A stretch of DNA of 64,000 nucleotides, taken from an uncultured Nitrososphaeraceae archaeon (lineage in GTDB: Archaea > Thermoproteota > Nitrososphaeria > Nitrososphaerales > Nitrososphaeraceae). The notes below the pieces were generated by a model. It did not search any database. It was not told the origin of the DNA and was given only the letters and a program-made list of their open reading frames with translations. This document shows positions 33,283-43,805 of this stretch, piece after piece. The translations under genes and the position numbers were made by a program. Each line of letters starts with the position of its first letter. Within the stretch, counting starts at the first letter, position 1. The stretch covers positions 416,001 to 480,000 of the forward strand of contig CAVZZA010000005.1 of assembly GCA_963779615.1 (NCBI GenBank), in the 5' to 3' direction.

Positions 33283-33924
33283 CTATCTGCTGGTTGTTTC
33301 CAAAATGCCTTTGAGCTGGCTTAAGAATGCGGTTCGCCGATATTCTTCAGTCATTGTGACCCGAACATCCTCAATGATTCTTTTAGAGACATCCAATTTT
33401 TTTCTTACCCCAGGAACAATGTTATCATAAATGGAAAAAGGGTAAATCAGGCTGTAAATCGATTGCATGATTTCAAACAACGACAATGAAAAATCAAAGT
33501 TGTTTTTTCTAAGGTGGTCATAAATCATTCTTTTTATTTCCCCAACGCAATCCAGCAACCCGGTAACATAAGCATTCAGGGATACATTCATGTCCTCATG
33601 GCTGCTTAGGGTGGGTTTTTTTGTCAGAATCTCTTTTAAAACAAGCGCTTCAACGTATTCCTGTTCAGCGGGCCACAAATACCGCTCTAAATCAAAAATA
33701 ACGTAGTTCTTGAGGTTTTTAATTAGCAAATATGATTTATCCAGCAGGATTTCAGCCTCCGGGGTTTTATTGCTGTGTAAAAGGATTATTGCTTTACTGC
33801 AAAGGGAAATGACTTCCCTGGTTTCTTTTATCAGTGTTTCCCTGCTTATTTCCAATTGCTTCATTTGGTTTGAGAAGGCATTTAGCGAATTTTCAACACC
33901 GTTAAAACTTACAGCGTTTGACAT
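33283..33924 (-). CDS. Translin-family RNA-binding protein
   Basis: RETLIK, QEYVEA, YVTGLLDCVGEIKR, RKKLD. Confidence 0.85.
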   Translation of the reverse strand: MSNAVSFNGVENSLNAFSNQMKQLEISRETLIKETREVISLCSKAIILLHSNKTPEAEILLDKSYLLIKNLKNYVIFDLERYLWPAEQEYVEALVLKEILTKKPTLSSHEDMNVSLNAYVTGLLDCVGEIKRMIYDHLRKNNFDFSLSLFEIMQSIYSLIYPFSIYDNIVPGVRKKLDVSKRIIEDVRVTMTEEYRRTAFLSQLKGILETTSR

Positions 33925-34009
33925 GAATTCAATTATAAGTCATTGGAGATATAAACAGTAAGGAAAAACAGATTGCATCGCAAAAACAATAAAAAAAAAA
34001 TTTATTGGC

Positions 34010-34525
34010 ATGGCAAAATACAAAGGTTGTCGATTGGCAACCAACATACGTAGAAGCAGAGGATACAATTTTGAGCACAAATTAGTCAAAAAACTAAACA
34101 TTGGCGAATGGACTGCCAGGAGATTGGGAGGGTCAAGCACGGGACTGCCAGACATAGTTGCAGTCAACAATAAAGAGTCTGTGCTGTTATCAATCGAGGC
34201 TAAATCCGGAACCAGCAATAGCATCTATGTCCCAAATGACCAGATCGACAGGTGTTTTTTGATAACGGAAATGTTTGGGGTATACAACAATAGGCACATT
34301 ATACTTGCGTTTAAATTTATGAGGAAAAAAAGGCTAATTATTGGCGGAGAGGTAAGGTATCAGCCAAGGAAAATTAGGGAGTACTATAAAATAGTAAAAT
34401 TCAAACACAAACCAAGAAATTTTCCCATCATAAAGTGTAACTATAATGGCGACACATATGCGATATACAGGACTAAAATTAAAAAAGTAAGGTTAAAGGA
34501 TTTCAAAATGCCCTTCAAATGCTAA
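34010..34525 (+). CDS. Holliday junction resolvase-like PD-(D/E)xK nuclease
   Basis: RGYNFE, LPDIVA, IEAKS. Confidence 0.75.
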   Translation: MAKYKGCRLATNIRRSRGYNFEHKLVKKLNIGEWTARRLGGSSTGLPDIVAVNNKESVLLSIEAKSGTSNSIYVPNDQIDRCFLITEMFGVYNNRHIILAFKFMRKKRLIIGGEVRYQPRKIREYYKIVKFKHKPRNFPIIKCNYNGDTYAIYRTKIKKVRLKDFKMPFKC

Positions 34526-34585
34526 AAAGCTCTAAGGGGAGCAGCAAAGTTAGTTATAAAGGAAATCCTTGGGTAATTATAGATA

Positions 34586-34831
34586 ATGGCAAAAATCCTA
34601 TGGAGAGAGGGGTGGATAAAGCCCCTTCTTTCAGAATCCTTACCATCTGAAAGATGCAGTATTTGTAACAAGGAATTTGAAGATCTAGATTTCGCCACAT
34701 CATGCGAATTCTGTGAGATTGGGATTGTTCATGAAACATGCGCCAACAAACACATTACAATAGAGCACATTCAAGAGCTGGAAGAAAAAATAAACAAGCA
34801 TAAAGAAAAAAAACTCCATTCGTTCCAATGA
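34586..34831 (+). CDS. Small Zn-finger hypothetical protein
   Basis: CSIC, CEFC, HETC, H..H. Confidence 0.65.
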   Translation: MAKILWREGWIKPLLSESLPSERCSICNKEFEDLDFATSCEFCEIGIVHETCANKHITIEHIQELEEKINKHKEKKLHSFQ

Positions 34832-34889
34832 ATGAGTGCTTTTTGTTTTATCCGGCAATGGTTAATTAATATTACATAAAGTTAAAAAA

Positions 34890-35648
34890 ATGACACTTCA
34901 TATGGATAAAAATAAATATGAATTTGAAAATGGATTTGAGCCAATAACATCTCAGCAAATGTATAGAATCGAAAACAATGGAGAAGAAATACTGGGAATG
35001 AGAAAAATACTGATGATGGAAAACGCAGGTTCAAGGGTATCAGACTTTTTACTGAACCATTTTAAAGAGGATCTAGGTAAAAAAAAAATAGTGTCTATAT
35101 GCGGTATTGGAAATAACGGCGGAGATGCAATAGTTGCCAACCGCCATCTTTCAGGATACCTAGCCTCAAAGTCTTCTGCAACTAACAATGACAACAACCT
35201 CGTTTTGGCATTGTCAGGAAAACCGAGCCTGATAAAAACCGAGGAATCAAGGACAAACTGGAACATAGTTAAAAGGATAAATTCAATCAAAAAAATATTT
35301 TTTGATACTGAAAACGGCATAAAAGACCTCGAAGACGAAATAGAAGGTTCTGACATTATAATTGACGGGCTATTCGGAACAGGCATCAAAGGGACAATAA
35401 AGGATCCCTATTCACGGGCAATAGACAAAATAAACCAACAAAAATCAAAATCATTTATCCTATCTGTAGACATTCCGTCAGGGCTAAACCCAGACGATGG
35501 GGAAATATATGACAAATGCGTTAAAGCCGACACCACAATAACATTTCACAGAATAAAACATGGGCTATTGAAAAACAGAGAATATAGCGGGAACATACTG
35601 CCTGTCAAAATAGGAATTCCAATAGAGGCTGAAATGGAAGTGGTTTAA
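34890..35648 (+). CDS. nnrE: NAD(P)H-hydrate epimerase
   Basis: MMENAG, GNNGGD, DGLFGTG, VDIPSG. Confidence 0.92.
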   Translation: MTLHMDKNKYEFENGFEPITSQQMYRIENNGEEILGMRKILMMENAGSRVSDFLLNHFKEDLGKKKIVSICGIGNNGGDAIVANRHLSGYLASKSSATNNDNNLVLALSGKPSLIKTEESRTNWNIVKRINSIKKIFFDTENGIKDLEDEIEGSDIIIDGLFGTGIKGTIKDPYSRAIDKINQQKSKSFILSVDIPSGLNPDDGEIYDKCVKADTTITFHRIKHGLLKNREYSGNILPVKIGIPIEAEMEVV

Positions 35649-35650
35649 GT

Positions 35651-36268
35651 TTGGTAAAGATTGAGCAGTTTTTAGTAGGGCAAATGGCAAATTTTACATA
35701 CATAATCGTTGATGAAAAAAACAAAAATTCAATCATAGTCGATCCATCGTGGAACCTTGAAGTGATTTTCGATTTCCTAAAGAAAAACAGGCTGAATAAC
35801 ACTTTCGTAATAAACACACACTCTCACTTTGACCATGTATATGGCAATGATCAAGTGGTTGAGATGACCGGCGCAAAAATAATACAACACAAAGCATCGC
35901 CCCTAAAAAAAGATATTGAAGTAAATGACGGGGAGGTAATAAGATTTGGGGAGTCAAACATCAAAACAATTCACACTCCGGGCCATTCTGGCGATAGCAT
36001 TTGTTTGGTTATCGATAACAAAACAATTTTAACGGGAGATACGCTATTCGTGGGAAATTGCGGCAGATTGGACCTTCCAGGCAGCGATCCTAATGAGATG
36101 TACTATAGCATATACAATAAGCTAATCAACCTTGATGATAGTTTGGTTGTGTATCCCGGGCATCACTACGGAAATACAAAAACATCGACATTAGGTAACG
36201 AAAAGAAATCAAGTTTTGTGTTTAAATTCCATGATCGTGGTGAGTTTTTAAGGTTCATGAATGAATAG
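35651..36268 (+). CDS. Metallo-beta-lactamase fold hydrolase (glyoxalase II-like)
   Basis: THSHFDH, HTPGH, TGDTLF, YPGH. Confidence 0.9.
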   Translation: MVKIEQFLVGQMANFTYIIVDEKNKNSIIVDPSWNLEVIFDFLKKNRLNNTFVINTHSHFDHVYGNDQVVEMTGAKIIQHKASPLKKDIEVNDGEVIRFGESNIKTIHTPGHSGDSICLVIDNKTILTGDTLFVGNCGRLDLPGSDPNEMYYSIYNKLINLDDSLVVYPGHHYGNTKTSTLGNEKKSSFVFKFHDRGEFLRFMNE

Positions 36269-36523
36269 GATCCAATAAAAAAAAATAATAGTAATAGCAA
36301 TACTGATAATAATACCGATAATAACATATTTACAGATCAAAACACATCTGCATTTATTTTGTAGCTTTACACCGCTAAAGCCTTTTCAGAACCGGAATAA
36401 GGAAAAACAAGAAAAAGTAAATTGCGCAATCAAATAAAAAAACCAGTATCAAACAAAGGCCGCAAAAGCCAATAATCAGGATATGCAAAGTTTTTCAATA
36501 CAAAAAACATATACAATAAAGAA

Positions 36524-37666
36524 ATGGAAAACCTGGTTGTAAGGACCATCAAATCCAAATATGGCAATAGCAATCCAAATCATTTTAAATCAAAAAAGTC
36601 ATCTTTTTTGTTTACAATAGCATATACCGAAACTGCTACAATACCAGGGCTAACAATTGCTGGCGCAAACACAGAATTAACAAAGTTCACGCCTGCCGCC
36701 GATGCAGAATACATTCATTTTGGAAGATGCAAATGTATAGATTCAATCCCCGCAACGCCTGATGGCAAACCAACGCCGGCAATAATAACAAAAACAGCAT
36801 TAGATATGGCCAACATCCCAATTACGGTGATAGACTCGGGATTGCCAATAAAACCTGAACTTCCGTATGTCAACATTAACTCAAAATTTGGTAAAAACAT
36901 TGCATTAGAAAAAGCACTAGAACCAAAAAATGTGACAGAAAATTACGAAATGGGCAAAATAATAGGCCAGCAGGTTTCAAAAAACAATGATTTGCTGATT
37001 ATCGGTGAAAGCATCCCTGGAGGAACAACCACTGCATTGGGTGTACTTTTGTCCCTTGGAATCGACGCGTATGACAAAGTTAGCAGCAGCATGCCACAAA
37101 ACCCCAACGAACTAAAGAACAAAATAGTAAAGAAGTCAATGCTAAAGTCGAATGTAAAGTTTGGCGATCACCGCGAGAACCCATTTAACGCCATGTCGGA
37201 TTTTGGTGATCCCATGATGCCAACAGTTGCAGGCATGGCAGCAGAGATCCTATCAAACAACAAGAAAGTGATGTTGGCCGGAGGAACTCAAATGTGTTGT
37301 ATTGTGGCAATATTAAAATCACTTGGTGTGAGATTCAATAGTAATTTATGCATAGGAACCACATCATATGTGATAGACGACAGTCAATCAGACCTGCCAG
37401 GACTTGTTGACCAAATTGCAGACGATGTTCCCATTTTTTATACAGACTTGGGACTTGAGAATTCGAAAAAGGCAGGTTTAAGGTCATATGCAGATGGATT
37501 TGTGAAGGAGGGAGCTGGAGCCGGCGGTGCGACAATAGCATCGTACTTAAGAAAAGAATCCCTTACTCAAAAAAGTTTTCTAAACAAGATAGAAGAAAAT
37601 TACTTTGATACAATAGAAGAGCAGATCGTATTGAAAAGCATGGAAGAAAAACAACAACAAAATTAA
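36524..37666 (+). CDS. cobT: Archaeal nicotinate-nucleotide phosphoribosyltransferase CobT
   Basis: TPAADAE, PTPAIIT, GESIPGGTTTA, AGGTQM, VKEGAGAGG. Confidence 0.88.
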   Translation: MENLVVRTIKSKYGNSNPNHFKSKKSSFLFTIAYTETATIPGLTIAGANTELTKFTPAADAEYIHFGRCKCIDSIPATPDGKPTPAIITKTALDMANIPITVIDSGLPIKPELPYVNINSKFGKNIALEKALEPKNVTENYEMGKIIGQQVSKNNDLLIIGESIPGGTTTALGVLLSLGIDAYDKVSSSMPQNPNELKNKIVKKSMLKSNVKFGDHRENPFNAMSDFGDPMMPTVAGMAAEILSNNKKVMLAGGTQMCCIVAILKSLGVRFNSNLCIGTTSYVIDDSQSDLPGLVDQIADDVPIFYTDLGLENSKKAGLRSYADGFVKEGAGAGGATIASYLRKESLTQKSFLNKIEENYFDTIEEQIVLKSMEEKQQQN

Positions 37667-38280
37667 GAAACAATTTTTTTGTTTACCTATCTATCTACCA
37701 AAGATAAAAGTAGCGGGCAACCTCGTAAGGTTTGTTACTGATCTTTGGTACTCACACACTCAAAAAAAGGCAACTGTTACCGGTTTTTTCACCCAGAATT
37801 TATTTGTCCTCTTTTTTTTGGCAGTAACAATTGGCTTATCTAACGCTTTATGGGCCCCTAAACAAAGAAAAGCTGCTTTGGGCGTTCTCCTGAATAAAAA
37901 CAGAGATATTTCCTTATCTCCTTTCCAAAAAAAACATCTCCCTCACCCAATGCTTAGAAATTTGATCTGCTTGTTATTGACTGAATATTGACGATGGCAG
38001 TAAACAGGTTTATGACACCTTTAAAAACAAACAGACAGACAGACAGAAGAATATATGAGTTGTTTCTGCTGCTTTCTGCGTTAGTCCTGATCACGCAAAA
38101 CATTTTATGCCTATGGGGTGTGGTGTGATGTGGAAATGCCCCACACTTTGTTTTTTAGGGCACATCGTTTTTTGTTGTAAATACCCCAAAACGCCTGCAT
38201 AGATCTCCAATTTTTTTTCTTCTCTGCTTTTTAAAACGAATCCTTTGATTTAAATACAAGAATTTTAGAAGTGAAAAAAC

Positions 38281-38481
38281 ATGGTTAAACCAGAGAAAAT
38301 AAGAGGTGGCATCCTAGTAGCTATAGCATTGGTAGGCTTTTCGGTCTATGCATACATTCTTTTTGCTACGGATTATGGAGTTTTGTTAATGAAACTGACA
38401 GCCATATCAATAATTGGAATAATACTTTTTATAGTGGGATGGATAGGCTTTACACTAACCATAGATGAAAAAGACAAATGA
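38281..38481 (+). CDS. Small two-TM membrane protein
   Basis: Two hydrophobic helices ending GWIGFT; upstream TTTAAATA. Confidence 0.7.
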   Translation: MVKPEKIRGGILVAIALVGFSVYAYILFATDYGVLLMKLTAISIIGIILFIVGWIGFTLTIDEKDK

Positions 38482-38489
38482 TGAAGAAA

Positions 38490-39338
38490 TTACCCACTTT
38501 TTAAAAAAATGTCAGTAACAGTTTGGTATATACGAGGACCAACAGCCCTTACTATCTGAGTATGCTTTATTTGATAGTCATAATTTGAGAACAAGGAATG
38601 GATATAGTTTTCAGAATCACCAATAACCTTTGACCTGGTATCGCTTTTTATGTGAGAAAAAAAATGCAAATAGCCTCCGAGTGGTTTTAAGCATTTCACC
38701 GACACATCTATAAACTCAAAGGCTTTTTCCGGCAAAGGCATGATAACTCGATCCATTTTATTTTCAAACAGTAAGGAGGACAACACACCTTTGGCATCCC
38801 CGTGGATGGAGACTATCCGATCCTGAAGTTTGTTTATTTTGGTGTTTATTTTGCTCAAAACATACGCATCAACATTTGAATCGATGTTGTATATCAACAC
38901 AGGAATTTTTTTTGCGATAATTACTGAAAAAGTCCCTACTCCTGCAAACATATTAACAATTGTCTCATTTTTAGACACAAGGTTGGATATTCGCAGTCGT
39001 TCGGTTGACAAACGCGGCGAAAAATAAGAACTGGCCACATTAACAAAAAATTTGCACCCATATTCTCTATACATAGTGACAAACTTGTTTTCTCCCGATA
39101 TCAACTCCAAGCCCCTCAGCCTATATTCCCCATCTACCGCAGTATTCTGCAAAAATATTGATCTCAAATTGGGAATGTTCTTTAGCAATGTATCACCAAT
39201 AAGTTTTTTTTTTGTCAAAAGAGAGTCGGGTATTTTAATAATGGCTATATCGCCAATGATGTCAAAGGAGGAAAACACATTGGAAAGCTCAGTCTCTAAA
39301 AGAGCACCTTGAAGCAACCTCTTTAATAACTTTGTCAT
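38490..39338 (-). CDS. Trm5/Tyw2 (Met-10) family tRNA methyltransferase
   Basis: FDIIGDIAII, YFSPRLSTERLR, NMFAGVG, DRVIMPLP. Confidence 0.88.
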   Translation of the reverse strand: MTKLLKRLLQGALLETELSNVFSSFDIIGDIAIIKIPDSLLTKKKLIGDTLLKNIPNLRSIFLQNTAVDGEYRLRGLELISGENKFVTMYREYGCKFFVNVASSYFSPRLSTERLRISNLVSKNETIVNMFAGVGTFSVIIAKKIPVLIYNIDSNVDAYVLSKINTKINKLQDRIVSIHGDAKGVLSSLLFENKMDRVIMPLPEKAFEFIDVSVKCLKPLGGYLHFFSHIKSDTRSKVIGDSENYIHSLFSNYDYQIKHTQIVRAVGPRIYQTVTDIFLKSG

Positions 39339-39367
39339 GGATTTAATTGATATGGCGAGTATGGCAA

Positions 39368-41176
39368 CTACTTTTTAATGTAGTAGTAATTTCCATCCTT
39401 TTTTTGCATCCTATCAAGCCGGCTTTCTCCCTTGTTTACCCTCGGCCGGCCAGTGGTTTCATCTCGCCTAAAGGAAATATTCAACGATTTTAGGAATTCA
39501 TTCATTCCCACCTCCTTGGTCATTGGGGAAGAGCCCACCCCCTCAACGCCAGGAATTCCTTCGAAAATTATCATTGTGTCAGACACAAGATCGATAAGTT
39601 GAATGTCGTGATCAATAATAAGCGCAGACTTGCCTTTGCCCTTTATGAATCGCTGGACAAACTTGGCTAAAGAGATCCTATCTTCAATATCCAAAAAAGC
39701 AGACGGCTCATCAAGCGCATAGATATCGGCATCTCTCAATAATGATAAGGATACGGCAACTTTTTGCAGCTCACCTCCACTGAGGCTTTTGATGGATTTA
39801 TCATAAAGTTTTTTCAAACCCAATGGATTCAATATCTGTTCTTCTATTAAAGAACCCTCAAATTGAGCGCCATTATTGGCAGAGTAAATTAAGGAGCGTA
39901 CATCCCCATCTATATCCTGATTCAGGTATTGCGGTTTATAGGAAATTCTTACTTCTGAATCCAGTTGGCCATCATCAAATTTCTCTAAACCAGACAGCAT
40001 TTTCATGAAGGTTGTTTTTCCCAAAGCATTAGCACCAACTATACCGACGACCTCGCCTTGATGGATTCTCCCGCTGTTCACCTTGAGATTAAAGGGTCCC
40101 AAAGCCTTTCTGATTGAAGTATAGTTTACAGTGGACGTGTTTGAGATTGTGTTTTCATTAACGCTGGATATGTCGAATTTATAAGCTCTCTCCCTGAATC
40201 GAACGTTCTCTGTTGGAATAAAACCTTCTAAAAAGTTATTAATGCCAACCTTTGTGCTCTGCAATGAAGAAACTATACCGTAAGCTCCAGGCTCTCCGTA
40301 AAGTATAAAAATATTATCGGAAAGATAATCCAACAATGACATATCATGCTCAACAATCATTACGCTTTTGTCATCTTTAGCCAAGTTGTTGATTACCTTG
40401 CTTACAGCAAGCCTTTGGTAAATATCGTTATAGGAAGAAGGTTCATCAAAGAAATAATAATCTGCCTCTTTAGACGAAGCAACAGCAACAGCAACTCTTT
40501 GAAGTTCGCCACCACTTAAGGTAGAGACATCCTTGGTTAATGAATTCCTTAAGCCCAATTCATCTATTAATGAGTCTCTCGTATTTCGCTCATCATATTT
40601 TTTTAACAACTCCATTACGGTCCCTTTAAAAATTTTAGGTATCAAATAAACCAGTTGGGGTTTTATCGATGTTTTCAAGGACTTTGTAGAAATTTTTTCA
40701 AAGTGCTTTCTAAGCTCAACATTTGAAAGTTTATCGATGACGTCCCCCCATTCCAGATTCTTTTCAAAGTTTCCAAAGTTAGGCTTTATGTTTCCGGAGA
40801 GTAAATTAATAATTGTTGATTTACCCATGCCATTTCTGCCTACCAATCCAGTCACTGTTCCCTCTTTTGGAATAGGTAATTTGTAAAGTCTAAAACTATT
40901 TATATCATATTGGTGGATTTTGTCCACTCCCACCTCATTGGCAAGATTGACTATAACAATGGCATCAAATGGGCATTTTTTTACACAAATTGTACATCCA
41001 GTACAGAGGTCTTCAAATATAACAGCTTTTCCGTCATCAGGTCTTTGGACAATACACTCACCACCAGTCTTATTTACTGGGCAATAGATAATGCACTCCT
41101 GACCACATTTTCTGGGCTGACATAACTCTTGGTCTAGAACTGCCACTCTATGAGCGAAATTTACATGTTTATCCAA
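39368..41176 (-). CDS. Ribosome recycling ATPase ABCE1/RLI
   Basis: N-terminal Fe-S Cys cluster, two ABC domains with LSGGELQ, C-terminal GRPRVNK. Confidence 0.96.
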   Translation of the reverse strand: MDKHVNFAHRVAVLDQELCQPRKCGQECIIYCPVNKTGGECIVQRPDDGKAVIFEDLCTGCTICVKKCPFDAIVIVNLANEVGVDKIHQYDINSFRLYKLPIPKEGTVTGLVGRNGMGKSTIINLLSGNIKPNFGNFEKNLEWGDVIDKLSNVELRKHFEKISTKSLKTSIKPQLVYLIPKIFKGTVMELLKKYDERNTRDSLIDELGLRNSLTKDVSTLSGGELQRVAVAVASSKEADYYFFDEPSSYNDIYQRLAVSKVINNLAKDDKSVMIVEHDMSLLDYLSDNIFILYGEPGAYGIVSSLQSTKVGINNFLEGFIPTENVRFRERAYKFDISSVNENTISNTSTVNYTSIRKALGPFNLKVNSGRIHQGEVVGIVGANALGKTTFMKMLSGLEKFDDGQLDSEVRISYKPQYLNQDIDGDVRSLIYSANNGAQFEGSLIEEQILNPLGLKKLYDKSIKSLSGGELQKVAVSLSLLRDADIYALDEPSAFLDIEDRISLAKFVQRFIKGKGKSALIIDHDIQLIDLVSDTMIIFEGIPGVEGVGSSPMTKEVGMNEFLKSLNISFRRDETTGRPRVNKGESRLDRMQKKDGNYYYIKK

Positions 41177-41293
41177 TTTAATATAATATAATTACCCACA
41201 GAGCCTATTTAAATCCTGAACAAAATTAAAAAAACAAGGGAGAACAATCATTCATAGTAAATATTAAATATCCCAATTAAGATATAACAAGTA

Positions 41294-41407
41294 GCCGGCC
41301 ATAGCGTGAGGGACCGACCCGGACCCATTCCGAACCCGGAAGTCAAACCTTATGTCGCTGCTGAATACTAACGTGCGTGAGCCGTTGGGAAGCAGCAGTG
41401 CTGGCGC
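41294..41407 (+). rRNA. rrf: 5S rRNA (stand-alone)
   Basis: GGCCATAGC...ACCCGGACCCATTCCGAACCCGGAAGTCAAACC; 5' GCCGGC pairs with 3' GCTGGC; upstream TTAAATA. Confidence 0.93.
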
Positions 41408-41507
41408 CTTTTATAGCATTTAACAACCCTTTTAGCACTAGCAGATAAATGAACAAAAGAGGCATAAACTGAAAAGATAAACAAATAATCAAAATAACAT
41501 TTTGATT

Positions 41508-43037
41508 TTATGTGGTTGAAATATCCTGTTCTAACAGTTTAATGATTGTTCGCACCCCAAAACCAGTCGCGCCTTTTGGATTATAACTTTTTTCAGCGGT
41601 ACCATCCTGGGTCCAGGCAGTACCGGCAATATCAATATGGGCCCACGGTATATCATTAACAAAATGGGATAAAAATGCAGCTGCGGTTATTGCCCCGCCT
41701 GTTCTGCCCCCGATGTTTTTGATGTTCGCAACACTACTTTTTATCAAATCTAAATATTCCTCAAATAAAGGCAATTGCCATATTTTCTCGCCAGTTTCAG
41801 AGGAACTCTGAAGTATCTTTTGTATTAATGGGTCATTATTTCCTATCAATCCCGCCACATTTGCACCTAAAGCAATTATGCATGCCCCAGTTAGTGTTGC
41901 AAAATCAATAATGCATTTTGGGGAATAACGCTCCACACCGTATGATAAAGCATCCGCAAGAATCAGTCTGCCTTCCGCATCTGTGTTTAAAACTTCCACA
42001 GTTTTGCCGTTATGCATCGTTATGATATCACCTGGCCTGTAGGACGAACTTGAGGGCATATTTTCCACTGACGGCACAATACCAACAACATTGATGGGAA
42101 TGTTCAGCATGCTTAATGCTTTGAATATTCCCATTACCGTGCATCCCCCACTTTTGTCAAATTTCATTTCGTCCATCTTTTCACTGGGTTTAATAGAAAT
42201 GCCGCCCGTATCGAATGTGACAGCTTTTCCAACCAAAAGAATGGGTCTGTCGCCTGACACACCTTGGTTATACTCCATTATTATTAATTTTGGCGGGTTT
42301 TCACTGCCCTTACCAACTGCAATTATGCCGTTCAGTCCCAAAGTCTCCATCTGATATTTATCAATGATTTTGACTTTTACTTTGTTTGTGTCCTCAATTG
42401 AAGTGGCAGAGTTTGCAAGGTGGGCGGGATTGGCAACATTGGGCGGGGAGTTTGCAAGGTCCCGGGCATAAAAGACCGCGTCGGCAACTATCGAAGTTTT
42501 TTTTACTATTTGTTCCAGTTCCACATGATTATCTTCAGATACAATATCAATATCACACAAATCAAAGAAACTGGGTTTATTTTCGCCATTACTTTTGTAT
42601 TTGTTAAATTCATAAAGTGAAAGCGAAAGCCCCTCAACAAGGGACTCAACATTACCAACAGTAGGCTCACAAAAATTGGATACCACAACACCAGGTGATG
42701 ACAGTTCCTTGGCCTTCAATGATATTGTTCCACCCAGCTGGCGGATTCTAGAACCATTCAGTTCATTTTGTTTTCCTAATCCCAGCAACAATATTTTGAG
42801 GAATTTATCACCATTGCCGCCTTTATATAGAAATAGCAGGCTTTTCCCAAACTTTTTTAGCGTTTCAGGGGTAGTAACATCAGCGGTATTTATCAGATCG
42901 TTGATTTTTTTCGGCAAATCATTAAAGGGCATTTTTTTCAAATAATCGAGGTTGCTATTATTTTCATATAAACCAACAACCAATAACCTGTTTGTTAGAT
43001 CAACTTGGCTGAAACTTTTAATTGATATCTTAACCAT
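41508..43037 (-). CDS. pepA: Leucyl aminopeptidase (M17)
   Basis: VGKAVTFDTGG, MKFDK, NTDAEGRL, ATLTGA. Confidence 0.95.
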   Translation of the reverse strand: MVKISIKSFSQVDLTNRLLVVGLYENNSNLDYLKKMPFNDLPKKINDLINTADVTTPETLKKFGKSLLFLYKGGNGDKFLKILLLGLGKQNELNGSRIRQLGGTISLKAKELSSPGVVVSNFCEPTVGNVESLVEGLSLSLYEFNKYKSNGENKPSFFDLCDIDIVSEDNHVELEQIVKKTSIVADAVFYARDLANSPPNVANPAHLANSATSIEDTNKVKVKIIDKYQMETLGLNGIIAVGKGSENPPKLIIMEYNQGVSGDRPILLVGKAVTFDTGGISIKPSEKMDEMKFDKSGGCTVMGIFKALSMLNIPINVVGIVPSVENMPSSSSYRPGDIITMHNGKTVEVLNTDAEGRLILADALSYGVERYSPKCIIDFATLTGACIIALGANVAGLIGNNDPLIQKILQSSSETGEKIWQLPLFEEYLDLIKSSVANIKNIGGRTGGAITAAAFLSHFVNDIPWAHIDIAGTAWTQDGTAEKSYNPKGATGFGVRTIIKLLEQDISTT

Positions 43038-43139
43038 GTCGCTATCACTAATAAAAATACATATTTTATAATTACCTATCTAACGCCGGAATAAAAAACA
43101 ACATATAAATAAGTTATCATTATTATTATTACTATTTTT

Positions 43140-43685
43140 TTACTTCCATTTTATTGAACATCCTATTGATGGGTCAAAATCTTTTTCTATTTCCAGTCCT
43201 CTCAATAATTTATTTATGTTCTCTTCCATAGTATTGAAAGATGGTGTCATATTAGGTTCCAAGGCATCGTTAATTTTACCATGGAAAACAAGCCTTTTGT
43301 CCCCATCAAATAAAAACGGATCGGGTGTGCAAACAGCACCGAATTCCTTTGCCACCATTTGGGTATCATCAATCAAATAAGGGAAATTGAGCGAATAATC
43401 TTTTGAAAATTTCACCATATTGTCAAATCCTTCACCTTCATAATCAGGATCGTTACTATCTATTCCAATAACCTGCAAGTCCGCATTACCAAATTTTGAT
43501 TGCAGGTCAACAACATCTTTTATCCTTGCTTTAACGTATGGGCAATGGTTGCAAATAAAAACTACAAGATAGGAACTGGATTTAAAATCCTTCAATGAAT
43601 GCATTTTGTTGTCTACCCCTTTTAGCAAAAACTCTGGAGCCACTGAACCAGCTACCAGTTTTTGAGAGGACAATGTTTTAGCCAT
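43140..43685 (-). CDS. Thioredoxin-like AhpC/TSA family protein
   Basis: CNHCPYV, CTPD, SIGCSIKWK. Confidence 0.88.
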   Translation of the reverse strand: MAKTLSSQKLVAGSVAPEFLLKGVDNKMHSLKDFKSSSYLVVFICNHCPYVKARIKDVVDLQSKFGNADLQVIGIDSNDPDYEGEGFDNMVKFSKDYSLNFPYLIDDTQMVAKEFGAVCTPDPFLFDGDKRLVFHGKINDALEPNMTPSFNTMEENINKLLRGLEIEKDFDPSIGCSIKWK

Positions 43686-43805
43686 AGTGCATTAACGCAC
43701 TTTAAAATAAAATAAATGTTTTCTAAACTTTGGGGTCTTTATTATTGTTCAAAAACAATTTGTTTGCCGTGATCCAGCATGTTTTAGTGTTTCAGAGTGT
43801 TTATT